60,983 nucleotides of DNA from an uncultured Spirochaetales bacterium (GCA_964466335.1 CAYXSD010000003.1:37450-98432); one strand, 5' to 3'; shown: positions 17,659-26,962, numbered from the stretch's first letter. Made by a program: numbers and translations. The notes: a model not told the origin generated them from the letters alone.

Positions 17659-17686
17659 ATATCGGAAATGGTAAATAAAGCTTTTA
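17659..17686 (-). promoter_or_regulatory. Candidate sigma28 (FliA) promoter
   Basis: The minus strand reads TAAA-N16-TCCGATAT, 49 nt upstream of the acyltransferase ATG. Confidence 0.45.
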
Positions 17687-17729
17687 GAGGTTTCTTAACC
17701 TCTCATCTTTCAGGAATACTTTCTCCGGA

Positions 17730-19190
17730 TCAGTTTCCCCTCGATTGATCGAATGTAAGAACTGGAGTTCTAGCCGCCCTTACCTCATCCAACCGACGCA
17801 CCGGCGTAGAATAGGGGGCTTGAGTACAAAAATCGGGGTCTTTTTCCGCCTTATCCTTAATCCATTTCATTACCTGGATAAAATGGTCCAAGGTCTCCTT
17901 CGATTCCGTCTCTGTTGGTTCTATCATGAGGGCTTCATGAACAATCAGGGGGAAATACACTGTAGGAGGATGGATCCCCTCTTCCACCAGCATCTTTGCC
18001 ACATCTAAAGCTGATACCCCCGTTTCCTTTTTAAGCTTCTCCGCTGATAGGACAAACTCGTGCTTACATACACCGGGAAAAGGAAGATGGTATACCGCCT
18101 CTAGTTCCGCTTTTACATAGTTCGCGTTCAGAACAGCCAGTTCGCTTACTCTGGATAAACCGTCCGAACCCATGGAAAGTAGATACGTATAGGCCCTCAC
18201 CAGGACAGCTACATTGCCGTAAAATCCCGCGACCTTGCCAATAGACTGCGGAGAAGAGTAATCCCAACGATACAGTCCTTCTTCTTCACGGATATCCGGT
18301 ACGGGCAAAAAAGGTGTAAGAAGTTCACCCACCAGTACCGGCCCGGCACCGGGGCCGCCTCCTCCGTGAGGAGTGGAAAAGGTCTTATGAAGATTTAAAT
18401 GGACAGCGTCAAAGCCCATATCCCCGGGGCGTACCTGCCCCATAATCGCGTTAAGATTCGCACCGTCGTAATAGAGAAGACCTCCCGCGCCATGTATCAT
18501 CTCGGCGATCTCAAGGATATGTTTTTCGAACTTGCCAAGGGTATTGGGGTTTGTGAGCATTATACCCGCTAATTTCTTATTGCAGTGCGGCGAGACCGCC
18601 TTGGGAGATATCATTCCTTCCCTATCCGAAGGGACTTCCAACACCTCGAAACCGGCAATATGAGCTGATGCGGGGTTCGTACCGTGAGCAGAATCAGGAA
18701 CGAGTATCACCCGTCGGTCTTTCTCTCCTCTGCTGTCGAAGTAGGCTCGAAAGAGTTTTAAAGCGGTGAACTCTCCCTGGGCGCCGGCGAAGGGCTGGAG
18801 GGTACCCCAGGACATTCCGGTTATCTCACAAATTCCTTTGAGAAGCTCATGCATCAATCTCATTGTACCCTGGGCACAGTCCACCTCCTGAAGAGGGTGG
18901 ATATTAAAGCCTGGTAGAGAAGCGCTGTCTTCATTAATTTTAGGATTGTACTTCATAGTACAAGATCCTAAGGGGTAGAATCCTATGTCCACTGCGTAAT
19001 TCCGCTTAGAGAGATTTATATAGTGTCTTACCACGTCCACCTCGTATAACTCAGGGAATTCTACTTCGTCCTCCCGCAAAAACTTTTTTGGCAAGATCTC
19101 CGATGCTTTCTTCGCATCTTTGCTTTTTTCCGGAAATTTCCAGCCTCGCCTGCCAGGTACATGTTTTTCAAATACGAGGGGATAACTCAT
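17730..19190 (-). CDS. gcvPB: Glycine dehydrogenase (decarboxylating) subunit 2
   Basis: YPLGSCTMKYNP, PLP-lysine motif HLNLHKTFSTPHGGGGPG, MIEPTETESK. Confidence 0.96.
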   Translation of the reverse strand: MSYPLVFEKHVPGRRGWKFPEKSKDAKKASEILPKKFLREDEVEFPELYEVDVVRHYINLSKRNYAVDIGFYPLGSCTMKYNPKINEDSASLPGFNIHPLQEVDCAQGTMRLMHELLKGICEITGMSWGTLQPFAGAQGEFTALKLFRAYFDSRGEKDRRVILVPDSAHGTNPASAHIAGFEVLEVPSDREGMISPKAVSPHCNKKLAGIMLTNPNTLGKFEKHILEIAEMIHGAGGLLYYDGANLNAIMGQVRPGDMGFDAVHLNLHKTFSTPHGGGGPGAGPVLVGELLTPFLPVPDIREEEGLYRWDYSSPQSIGKVAGFYGNVAVLVRAYTYLLSMGSDGLSRVSELAVLNANYVKAELEAVYHLPFPGVCKHEFVLSAEKLKKETGVSALDVAKMLVEEGIHPPTVYFPLIVHEALMIEPTETESKETLDHFIQVMKWIKDKAEKDPDFCTQAPYSTPVRRLDEVRAARTPVLTFDQSRGN

Positions 19191-20527
19191 GACAGTTCCT
19201 CCTTCATCGCATTTACAAAGGAGTCCATCTCCTCCTGAGTGCGTTTTTCGGTAACCGCAAGGGTAAGTTGCTTATTGTCTTTCCCGGTAAGTCTTTCCCG
19301 TGGAACTCCGGCCAGGAATCCTTTTTGCATCAGTTCTGTCACAACCAGTTTGGGCGATTTCTTAAGGATTAAGGTGAATTCATTGAAGAATTCCCTTTCC
19401 TCGTAGGAAGTTATTCCTGGGACTTTAATAAGTTTTTCATAAAGATAGTGGGCGTTCTCGAGGTTCCTCCGGGCCACCTCCTTCATACCCTCTTTCCCCA
19501 TTAGAGCACAGTACACACTGTTCGCCAGGGCTGCTAATGCTTGGTTGGAACAGATATTGGAACTTGCTTTTTCTCTACGGATATGCTGTTCTCTGGCCTG
19601 AAGGGTCAGCACAAAACCACGTTTTCCATCCTGGTCAACCGTTTCGCCGGCTATCCTTCCGGGCATCTTGCGGATATACTTCTCTCTAGCGGTAATATAC
19701 CCTACACTCGGTCCACCGAAATATGATTGTAACCCCAGAGGCTGGGTATCCCCGATAGCAATATCCGCGCCCCACTGCGCTGGAGTTTTCAGGATACCCA
19801 GTGAAAGGGGATTCGAAGACAAAATAAAAATGCCTTTTGTTTTTTCCAGCATTGACGAAATGTCTGTTACATCTTCCAGGTATCCGTAGGTATTTGGAGA
19901 CTGCAAGATCACTGCCGCTACAGAAGGAGTAAGTTTTTCCTCCAGGTCTTTAATGGATGTAACTCCCCTATCCTCTTTAATCTCCACACAGGCTATTTCC
20001 GTTCCTCCAAAGTAGGTGGTAAGAACTTTTTTCGTGAAGGGATGGATCGTGGAGGAATAGAGAATGGTATCGGTTTTTCTTACCGAGTTGAGGGCAATCA
20101 CCGAGGCCTCGTACGCGGCAGTATGGCCGTCGTAGAGACCCGCATTGGAAACATCCAAACCTGTTAAACGGCACATGAAGGTTTGAAATTCAAAAATTGC
20201 CTGCAAAACTCCCTGGGAAATTTCCGCCTGATATGGAGTGTATGCAGTGGTGAATTCGGAACGCCCTGTTATATGGTGCACCACTGAAGGAATGTAGTGA
20301 TCATAGCTGCCACATCCAAGAAAAGAGATACCCTGTTTGTTCTGATTGGACAGAGTACGAAGGAAATCTATTACTTCGTACTCTGATTTCCCCGGAGGAA
20401 GCTGGATTTTCTCTTTCATCCTAATCGCCTGGGGAACGTCTTGGAAGAGCTCCTCCACAGATGTAACACCAATTGCTTTTACCATTTTCCTTTCGTCTTG
20501 TGGTGTATGGGGAAGATAGGGGTGCAT
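19187..20527 (-). CDS. gcvPA: Glycine dehydrogenase (decarboxylating) subunit 1
   Basis: YLPHT, TAYTPYQAEISQG, TLQAREQHIRREKASSNICSNQAL. Confidence 0.96.
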   Translation of the reverse strand: MHPYLPHTPQDERKMVKAIGVTSVEELFQDVPQAIRMKEKIQLPPGKSEYEVIDFLRTLSNQNKQGISFLGCGSYDHYIPSVVHHITGRSEFTTAYTPYQAEISQGVLQAIFEFQTFMCRLTGLDVSNAGLYDGHTAAYEASVIALNSVRKTDTILYSSTIHPFTKKVLTTYFGGTEIACVEIKEDRGVTSIKDLEEKLTPSVAAVILQSPNTYGYLEDVTDISSMLEKTKGIFILSSNPLSLGILKTPAQWGADIAIGDTQPLGLQSYFGGPSVGYITAREKYIRKMPGRIAGETVDQDGKRGFVLTLQAREQHIRREKASSNICSNQALAALANSVYCALMGKEGMKEVARRNLENAHYLYEKLIKVPGITSYEEREFFNEFTLILKKSPKLVVTELMQKGFLAGVPRERLTGKDNKQLTLAVTEKRTQEEMDSFVNAMKEELS

Positions 20528-20537
20528 ATAATTCCGC

Positions 20538-20930
20538 CTATTCCTCTTCCTTTTCTTTCTCTACCACCTCTTTATACCCGCCGGCATCGAGGAGATCTTC
20601 CAGTTCGGAGGGATCACTCATTTTTAAGACAAAGAGATACTGCTCATAAGGATTTTCGTTAATTAGCTCAGGCTTTTCCTCAAGGTCCTCATTTACCTTC
20701 TCGATTGTGCCTGAAACCGGAGCATATATGGATGAAGCGGCCTTAACCGATTCAATGGTCAGCACCTCGTCTCCCGCGGTAAACTCGTCTCCGGGTTCCG
20801 GAAGTTCAACAAATACAATATCCCCAAGTGAATCCTGCGCGTAATCAGATATACCAACATACGCCAAATCTTCTTCGGTTTTTACCCACTCATGAGTTTC
20901 TCTGTACTTAAGTTCCTTCGGTAGATTCAT
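20538..20930 (-). CDS. gcvH: Glycine cleavage system H protein
   Basis: THEWV, GISDYAQDSLGDIVFVELP, lipoyl-lysine motif IESVKAAS. Confidence 0.96.
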   Translation of the reverse strand: MNLPKELKYRETHEWVKTEEDLAYVGISDYAQDSLGDIVFVELPEPGDEFTAGDEVLTIESVKAASSIYAPVSGTIEKVNEDLEEKPELINENPYEQYLFVLKMSDPSELEDLLDAGGYKEVVEKEKEEE

Positions 20931-21436
20931 TGATCTCCTCCTGATTTTTTGTTCTTTGATTTTTCTTCTGTGGACCCATTTTCGATTTCCGGTTCATCTT
21001 GATGGATATAAGGGACCTTTAGATTGTATCCCTTATACACCACGAAGGTCTCCACGGACTGTACTTCCTCAATCCTATCCACCTCCTGGGTAAAAAATTC
21101 GAGTAAACCGAAATTGTTCCCCAGAACCACAGTTACCAGAAGATCGTATCTTCCGGTAACTACACTCACGGCAATTACTCCTCTCAAGGTGCTGAACTCC
21201 TCACCTTTTTTTACCAGGTTCATGGTGTTCAGCTTAACCCCTATATGCGCGATTTCCATTCCCGGCACACTTTCCGGGTCCACCATTCCGGTAATCTCCA
21301 GGCTGCCTTCTTCTATCAATCTGCTGACCCTAGTCCTCACAGTGTTTTCAGTAATTCCAAGAGCATCAGCTATCTTTTTAAAGGGTTTTCTGCCTTCCTG
21401 TAGATGATAGAGGATTGATTTGTTTGTTCCATCCAT
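20927..21436 (-). CDS. Lrp/AsnC family transcriptional regulator
   Basis: N-terminal HTH (IADALGITENTVRTRVSRL) and RAM domain (VTGRYDLL..V..VETFVV). Confidence 0.93.
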   Translation of the reverse strand: MDGTNKSILYHLQEGRKPFKKIADALGITENTVRTRVSRLIEEGSLEITGMVDPESVPGMEIAHIGVKLNTMNLVKKGEEFSTLRGVIAVSVVTGRYDLLVTVVLGNNFGLLEFFTQEVDRIEEVQSVETFVVYKGYNLKVPYIHQDEPEIENGSTEEKSKNKKSGGDQ

Positions 21437-21454
21437 TTGTAAGTTCTCTACACT

Positions 21455-21483
21455 ATTTTAGGCCATTCTTCGGAATATGTCAA
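21455..21483 (-). promoter_or_regulatory. sigma70 promoter of the lrp-gcvH-gcvPA-gcvPB operon
   Basis: The minus strand reads TTGACA-17 bp-TAAAAT. Confidence 0.75.
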
Positions 21484-21541
21484 TCTTTTTGCCTACTTTT
21501 TATATTATACGTAATTTCGAGTTAGGCTTTTTATTATTTTC

Positions 21542-22525
21542 TCACCCAATACCCACTAACGCTTTTACGTACTGGCTTCGTTCATATTCGACCGGGTCAG
21601 CGCTTCTCTCCTGAGAAAGTAGCCCTCTGAAATCATCAATACCTGCGTATCCCTTTTTATCCATCCATTCAGCCAAACCATTCACCATGCTTCTTATGTG
21701 TTCTACTCCCTTGGAAAAGAGAACTGAACAGGTCTGAACGCTCCGAGCTCCTGCTAGTATTTGTTTTATTACGTCCGTTGCTTCGTGTACACCGGTAGAA
21801 GCAGAAAAATCAATGTCCACCTCTTCCGAGAGGAGGGCAATCCACTGAAGGGTTACCATTCCTTCTTGTGGGGTACTTAAGGTCATAGTGGGTTTCAGTT
21901 TAATTTCTTCAATGTCCAAATCGGGACGATAAAAGCGGTTAAAGAGCACAATTCCGTCCGCCCCGGCATCGCCTATGGAACGCACCATATTAGCCAGTCC
22001 GGTGAAATGAGGTCCAATCTTTACGGCCATGGGGACCTTCACCTGTTTGCGCATTTCTTCGACAATGGTGAGATACTGTGCTTCGTATTCCGAGCCTTTT
22101 ACATCGGGATCACCGGGTAAGAGAAATATGTTAAGCTCTAAGGCGTCGGCGCCGGCATCCACAACATTCTTTGCGTATTCCATCCACTTTCCAGTACTAA
22201 CGCAGTTTAAACTGGGGATAACAGGTATGCTAAGTTCCTTCTTAGTCTCCTCAACCAGGGTAATATACCTTTCTAAGAAATGCTCTTCACTAATGTTTTG
22301 CAGATAATCTAAAGCTTCTACGTGCCCCTGATATCTAGATTCTTTAAGCACTGTATTAATTTCACTCACAATTTGTTCTTCAAAAAGCGATTTCAAAACA
22401 ACCGCCCCGGCACCTGCCTTTTCGCAGGCAACACACTGCTCGACTGAGGCTGTTAAACGGGAACTTCCCGCGATAATTGGATTCGGCAGGGTAAGCCCCA
22501 TATATTTGGTACTGAGATCAGCCAT
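21542..22525 (-). CDS. Dihydroorotate dehydrogenase-like FMN protein
   Basis: LSTKYMGLTLPNPII, GAVVLKSLFEEQI, PMAVKI, DGIVLFNRFY, STGVH. Lacks the NxSCPN catalytic loop. Confidence 0.88.
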   Translation of the reverse strand: MADLSTKYMGLTLPNPIIAGSSRLTASVEQCVACEKAGAGAVVLKSLFEEQIVSEINTVLKESRYQGHVEALDYLQNISEEHFLERYITLVEETKKELSIPVIPSLNCVSTGKWMEYAKNVVDAGADALELNIFLLPGDPDVKGSEYEAQYLTIVEEMRKQVKVPMAVKIGPHFTGLANMVRSIGDAGADGIVLFNRFYRPDLDIEEIKLKPTMTLSTPQEGMVTLQWIALLSEEVDIDFSASTGVHEATDVIKQILAGARSVQTCSVLFSKGVEHIRSMVNGLAEWMDKKGYAGIDDFRGLLSQERSADPVEYERSQYVKALVGIG

Positions 22526-22681
22526 TTTTTCCTCCCTCTACTAAAGCTATATCTTCTAAACGTGCAGTCCATACATAGACCTTCATAGAAATACACGCGA
22601 TAACAATAGATGATTTTTTTGTAATAATCAATGCAGCCAATTTCGAAATGCAGCAATTTTAACATCAGATTTTCTTTCCAT

Positions 22682-22714
22682 AAAAAAAGACCCCCGGATT
22701 TTTATCTCCGAGGG
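22682..22714 (-). terminator. Intrinsic terminator of the ABC-GntR-DUF2807 operon
   Basis: Minus strand CCCTCGGA-loop-TCCGGGGG (one G-U pair) followed by TCTTTTTTT. Confidence 0.7.
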
Positions 22715-22738
22715 CCAGGATGCGTATTATTCTTACTA

Positions 22739-22780
22739 TATTGAGGCTCTGAAAAATAGCATTTTGAAAGAGCCTCAATA
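22739..22780. repeat. Palindromic REP/MITE-like element, family A copy 1
   Basis: TATTGAGGCTCT...AGAGCCTCAATA. 37 of 38 nt are identical to 35586-35623 in inverted orientation. Confidence 0.8.
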
Positions 22781-22783
22781 GTA

Positions 22784-23503
22784 TTACCGATGTTTTACAC
22801 TTCCCAATCCGTCGACTTTTATCGTTTCTCGCTTTACCGTTCCGATATACACCACATTAGCTAAACCCGCCACTGTGCCGGTTAGATTCCCCCCGTTCAT
22901 ACGTAATTTTACGCTGCCTGCTCCTTCTACATCGAGATGGGCGTTAACAATTTCGCAGTTTCCGCAATCTACGTTGGTTGCCCCTTCAGCGGTAATAAAG
23001 AGGTCTTCAATGTCTGAGTCTTCCCCCTTCAGGTTACTCGCTCCTTCCAGGTCCACCTCCAGGCGATCAATAGTAAATCCTGAAAATTGTATCGATGTAC
23101 CACCTTTACTCTCGATTCTTTCCAATTCAGGCATTCGAATTACCGCCTTAGCGCCGCGGGAAGAAATTGACGAATGGAGGGGATAGTTGAGATTCAATGT
23201 GTTTCCTCGGCTTTCGACCCTAAGCTTTTCCATTATAGAATCCGCCGCAGTGACGGTAATGGAATGATCATCTCCTTTCTCGATTCTCACTTCCCAGGCC
23301 CCGACTATTTTCAGTTCTGTAAATGTTCCTACCTCCGGATTATTTGAAACCTTTTCTCCGTCGGAGACAGCCATCTTGTCTTTTTCGCCTTCAAAAGTAA
23401 CGATATTCCCCACCATTACTCTGGAGATAACCACTACCGCTATTATAAATGCCAGAACCGCGGCACCGGTAACCATTAGTATTTTATTACTCGTTTTCAT
23501 CAA
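22784..23503 (-). CDS. DUF2807/GIN-domain (beta-helix) membrane-anchored protein
   Basis: N-terminal TM and repeated xxxGASxV/L units (GGTSIQF, GASNL, GATNV, GAGSV, GLANV). Confidence 0.8.
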   Translation of the reverse strand: MMKTSNKILMVTGAAVLAFIIAVVVISRVMVGNIVTFEGEKDKMAVSDGEKVSNNPEVGTFTELKIVGAWEVRIEKGDDHSITVTAADSIMEKLRVESRGNTLNLNYPLHSSISSRGAKAVIRMPELERIESKGGTSIQFSGFTIDRLEVDLEGASNLKGEDSDIEDLFITAEGATNVDCGNCEIVNAHLDVEGAGSVKLRMNGGNLTGTVAGLANVVYIGTVKRETIKVDGLGSVKHR

Positions 23504-23871
23504 TGTTCCTCCCTGTTTATATACTCGGTATAGTATTCTTTTAAATCTTCAATATCCAAGGATAAGAGTTGCATTGTTTTAAAAAGATAGGGCAATTCTC
23601 TTTTAATAAAATCTTCTTTTTTTATAGTCATTGTTAACTCCCTTGCTCCGTCACTTATAAAATAGCCAATTCCTCTTTGGTTTCGAATAATCTCCTGGTC
23701 CTGTAGGTAGTTGTAGGTGCGTAACACGGTGTTAGGATTCACCTCCATGGAAACCGCCAACTCCCGGATAGATGGAATTTTATCTCCATCTTTATATACA
23801 CCACGCAGAATATCCTCACAGAGTATGTCTCCGATCTGCTGATATATGGGCTGTTCACCTCTAAATTCCAT
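23500..23871 (-). CDS. GntR family regulator, YtrA subfamily
   Basis: PIYQQI, KIPSIRELAVSMEVNPNTV, RGIGYF; short 123-aa protein. Confidence 0.93.
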   Translation of the reverse strand: MEFRGEQPIYQQIGDILCEDILRGVYKDGDKIPSIRELAVSMEVNPNTVLRTYNYLQDQEIIRNQRGIGYFISDGARELTMTIKKEDFIKRELPYLFKTMQLLSLDIEDLKEYYTEYINREEH

Positions 23872-23873
23872 AT

Positions 23874-24641
23874 CTATGCCTCACTTTCTCTTAATCGAAA
23901 ATATGAAAGCACCCAGAAAAGAGGTGGAAGGACAAACTTTGACACGACCTCCGCGATTAACCAAAGTGATTCGAAGAATTTTTTCCCCTTTTCCCAATCG
24001 TACATCTGTCCCTCCACTCGCAGAGCGAAAGATCCCTCATTAAATAAACCGGCGAAGGCAATTCTCATTACCAATCCAGCAAAGAGACCAATAAGAATGG
24101 AGAGTGCTGTAATGCTTAAAAGTGTTTTTACTAACGCGTATTTCTTAAAGTATACAGATCCGAAGAAAAAAACAGAATGTATCATGAAATAGAGACCTGC
24201 CACCTTCACTATTAACGGATGGAATGGATTAAAAATAGGATGAGCTCTTCCAAATATTGGTAATGTAATAGCGATAGAGAGCAAACTGAACAGGAAGTAT
24301 AGTAAGGCACTCATTACAATGTAAAACACTGTGACAAAGAGTAACTTAACCAGCCACTTTTCAAACATCGATGCGGGAGTCATAAGATAGTGCATATTCT
24401 TAGGCCATTGATGTAGATCATTAAAAACCATTGAACTAGTGACAGTCCCGCCTATTAGAAGAATGAGCGGGTAGAATATAAGATGCATATTCCACTGGCC
24501 GGTGGAATTGATGGAACCGATACTAATAATCAGCATTAGGCCCAGTATTGCTCCGGCTGTAATGAGGATATTCTTTCGATGTAACAAGACTTCCGATTTT
24601 GACGCGTTGAAGAACCTTTTCAGGCTGAAAACTTCATTCAT
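23874..24641 (-). CDS. ABC-2 type permease
   Basis: About six TM helices, YLMTPASMFEKW; adjacent to the ABC ATPase. Confidence 0.8.
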   Translation of the reverse strand: MNEVFSLKRFFNASKSEVLLHRKNILITAGAILGLMLIISIGSINSTGQWNMHLIFYPLILLIGGTVTSSMVFNDLHQWPKNMHYLMTPASMFEKWLVKLLFVTVFYIVMSALLYFLFSLLSIAITLPIFGRAHPIFNPFHPLIVKVAGLYFMIHSVFFFGSVYFKKYALVKTLLSITALSILIGLFAGLVMRIAFAGLFNEGSFALRVEGQMYDWEKGKKFFESLWLIAEVVSKFVLPPLFWVLSYFRLRESEA

Positions 24642-25486
24642 TGTACAACCTCCTTATGAAAAATTTTGGAGATTTTTTCTCTGTTCCCCACAACCGTAGA
24701 AAACAGGAGTTCCAAATCTATCTGAGACTCCTGACCCGTGGAATTTTCCTCCAGGGTAATGTACCTTCCCATAGCTTTTTCCCAGTGGACCACACCCTCC
24801 CAACTAGGTTCTTCTGCATATTGGTTCAAAGATAGTTTGTTCATAACTTCTCCCATTGTTTCCTGAAAAATGATCTTCCCAGAATCGAGTATAATAATGG
24901 GGTCTATCAGGTTCTCCATGTCCCTAACCTGGTGTGTTGAAATAATAAAGGTCCTTTCTTCAGTAATAGATGCCGCTATAAGTTTTCGAAATTGGCTTTT
25001 GGAAGGAATATCTAATCCGTTGGTGGGTTCATCCAAAAAGAAGATTTTTGAATTCGTAGCAAGGCCGAAGGCCAAGAGGAACTTCTTTTTCTGTCCATAG
25101 GAAAGACTGGTTAGAAGGTCTTTCTCCTTAAGATCGAATTCATCCAAATACTCCCTGAATATCTCTTGGTTAAACCTTGGATAGAAGGGTGCGTTTAAAG
25201 AGACATACTCCCCTCCTTTTACCGGCGGCAGAACAAATTCCTCTGTAATAAAAAATATCTCTCTTAACATACCCGGCTTTCTATTCCTTGGATTATATCC
25301 GAGGATATCAATAGCGCCACTCAGGGGGTAGAGAGTTCCTGCTAACAATTTTAATAGGGTAGTTTTCCCTGCCCCGTTTTTCCCAAGAAGACCGTAGATA
25401 GTTCCCGACGTTAAACTGCAGGAGAGGTCTTCGAAGAGATCTTCCTTTTTCCCGTATCGGAAAAAAAGAGATTCAACCTGTATCAT
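24638..25486 (-). CDS. ABC transporter ATP-binding protein
   Basis: GKNGAGKT, LSYGQKK, LDEPTNGLD, STH. ATG at 25486 follows GGAGG. Confidence 0.93.
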   Translation of the reverse strand: MIQVESLFFRYGKKEDLFEDLSCSLTSGTIYGLLGKNGAGKTTLLKLLAGTLYPLSGAIDILGYNPRNRKPGMLREIFFITEEFVLPPVKGGEYVSLNAPFYPRFNQEIFREYLDEFDLKEKDLLTSLSYGQKKKFLLAFGLATNSKIFFLDEPTNGLDIPSKSQFRKLIAASITEERTFIISTHQVRDMENLIDPIIILDSGKIIFQETMGEVMNKLSLNQYAEEPSWEGVVHWEKAMGRYITLEENSTGQESQIDLELLFSTVVGNREKISKIFHKEVVQ

Positions 25487-25501
25487 ATCATCCTCCATTA
25501 G

Positions 25502-25537
25502 TGTACTATTAGTCTATGACAGTAATAAAGTAATACA
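25502..25537. promoter_or_regulatory. Two overlapping YtrA-type operators over the operon promoter
   Basis: TGTACTA-N6-TATGACA overlapping GACAGTA-N6-TAATACA. TTGACC (-35) lies on the minus strand at 25550-25555. Confidence 0.65.
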
Positions 25538-25649
25538 GTTATTGCTATTGGTCAAGGAGTTTTATTAAAAAAACATTACTTTTTTTAGAGGCCTAATGGT
25601 AGCCGGGAGGCCCTCCTAATTCTATTGTTCGCTGGGCCTGTATGAGTGT

Positions 25650-25689
25650 AAAAACAAAACCATTCCTCCAAGAGAGAAGGAACGGTTTT
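25650..25689 (-). terminator. Intrinsic terminator after rpsU
   Basis: Minus strand AAAACCGTTCCT-loop-AGGAATGGTTTT followed by GTTTTT. Confidence 0.7.
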
Positions 25690-25725
25690 TCTAAAATGTG
25701 TTTGGCTTATTTTGCAATGCCTGGC

Positions 25726-25944
25726 TTAGTAGTTTCTCATTGCTTGCATTTTTCGCACTTTTTTTTGTTGTTTTCTCTCCATGGCTTTTCTCTTTTTATT
25801 TCTGATGGTGGAGGGTTTCTCAAAGTACTCGCGTTTCTTCCATTCTCTGATGATTCCTTCCTTCTCAACCATTCGCTTAAACCGCTTGAGCGCCTTCTCA
25901 AGCGGCTCGCCATCATCTATTCTTACCTGTGCTATATCAATCAC
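25726..25944 (-). CDS. rpsU: 30S ribosomal protein S21
   Basis: [33 protein letters not shown]. The true start may be ATA at 25935. Confidence 0.96.
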   Translation of the reverse strand: MIDIAQVRIDDGEPLEKALKRFKRMVEKEGIIREWKKREYFEKPSTIRNKKRKAMERKQQKKVRKMQAMRNY

Positions 25945-26962
25945 CTCCTTTGTGGTCCAGTCGATTCATCTTATCAATTATTTCTTCTTTGTCAATAACC
26001 GGTTTTTCCATGAGAAGCTCCGGCTTTACGGGGACCCCTGCCACCCGAATTTCCCAGTGGAGATGGGGGCCCGTTGCTAAGCCGGTACTTCCAAGCGTTC
26101 CTAAAATATCACCTTGCTTTACCATATCCCCCTTTTCTACCGATATGGAGTCAAGATGATAGTAGAGGCCGTACATACCCGGCATGTGCTCTACTATTAC
26201 GGAATTACCTGTGATTATTCTCGGTCCGGCGAATACGACCATACCGTCACCACCGGCCAATATAGGGGTACCTATAGGAGCAGCAAGATCAATACCATTG
26301 TGTATGGAAGAAGCCACATTACCATCGGAGTAAAGATAGTTTCTTCTGTCCCCGAAATAGCTGGTGTATATACCTCCTGGAAGCGGATGAGCTTGTCTTC
26401 CAGTACAAAATTGATGTTCTTGGTTGATATTCCGTAGAATCGCAATCAACTGTCGATATTCTTCAATCTTTTTCGGGTCCGGTGTTTGGCGGAGGTCCGT
26501 CATGGCCTGATTAAGAGGAATATCTTCATGTACAAATTCCCGCTGCAGAATAGTAATCAACCTGTTTCCCTCCTGACCTTCCCCATCCTTCCACTCCAAA
26601 AGGTATTTACCCGGTGTAAGTGTAGAAGGTACTCCTAAAAGCCCCATAAGTCCTATAGTAGTTTCATCATCACCGGGTAGTGAGAAAGGGAAACAGGTAG
26701 ATTCAGCTATTACCTTTCCATTTTGTCTATAGGACAAACGTACCCTTACATCTATATTAGACCCGTCACCATCGGGATTATCAGATAGTTTTGGAAGATC
26801 TACATCGAAAAAAAATATCTTTATTGTATCGCCTTGGTAGTAAGTCCCATCGAAAACAGGGATTCCTTCCGCTGTGAGTGTGAAGAGGAAAACGAAAAAG
26901 TAACAGTATAAAACAAGCCACCTGATATTTCTTCCTTTTCCTTTCCATATTCCTAGACCCAT
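25937..26962 (-). CDS. M23 family metallopeptidase
   Basis: HNGIDLAAP (HxxxD), [19 protein letters not shown] at 26962 precedes a signal-like segment. Confidence 0.9.
   Translation of the reverse strand: MGLGIWKGKGRNIRWLVLYCYFFVFLFTLTAEGIPVFDGTYYQGDTIKIFFFDVDLPKLSDNPDGDGSNIDVRVRLSYRQNGKVIAESTCFPFSLPGDDETTIGLMGLLGVPSTLTPGKYLLEWKDGEGQEGNRLITILQREFVHEDIPLNQAMTDLRQTPDPKKIEEYRQLIAILRNINQEHQFCTGRQAHPLPGGIYTSYFGDRRNYLYSDGNVASSIHNGIDLAAPIGTPILAGGDGMVVFAGPRIITGNSVIVEHMPGMYGLYYHLDSISVEKGDMVKQGDILGTLGSTGLATGPHLHWEIRVAGVPVKPELLMEKPVIDKEEIIDKMNRLDHKGGD

Noticed and set aside
17686-17703. AGAGGTT-TCTT-AACCTCT as the gcvPB terminator
   Set aside because: Short AT-rich stem with no U-tract immediately after it on the minus strand.
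21437-21541. Glycine riboswitch upstream of the gcv genes
   Set aside because: The predicted leader is only about 12 nt and has no aptamer motifs.
25642-26437. Plus-strand ORFs overlapping rpsU and the M23 gene
   Set aside because: They lie fully antisense to well-supported genes. The other short overlapping ORFs in the track were dismissed for the same reason.
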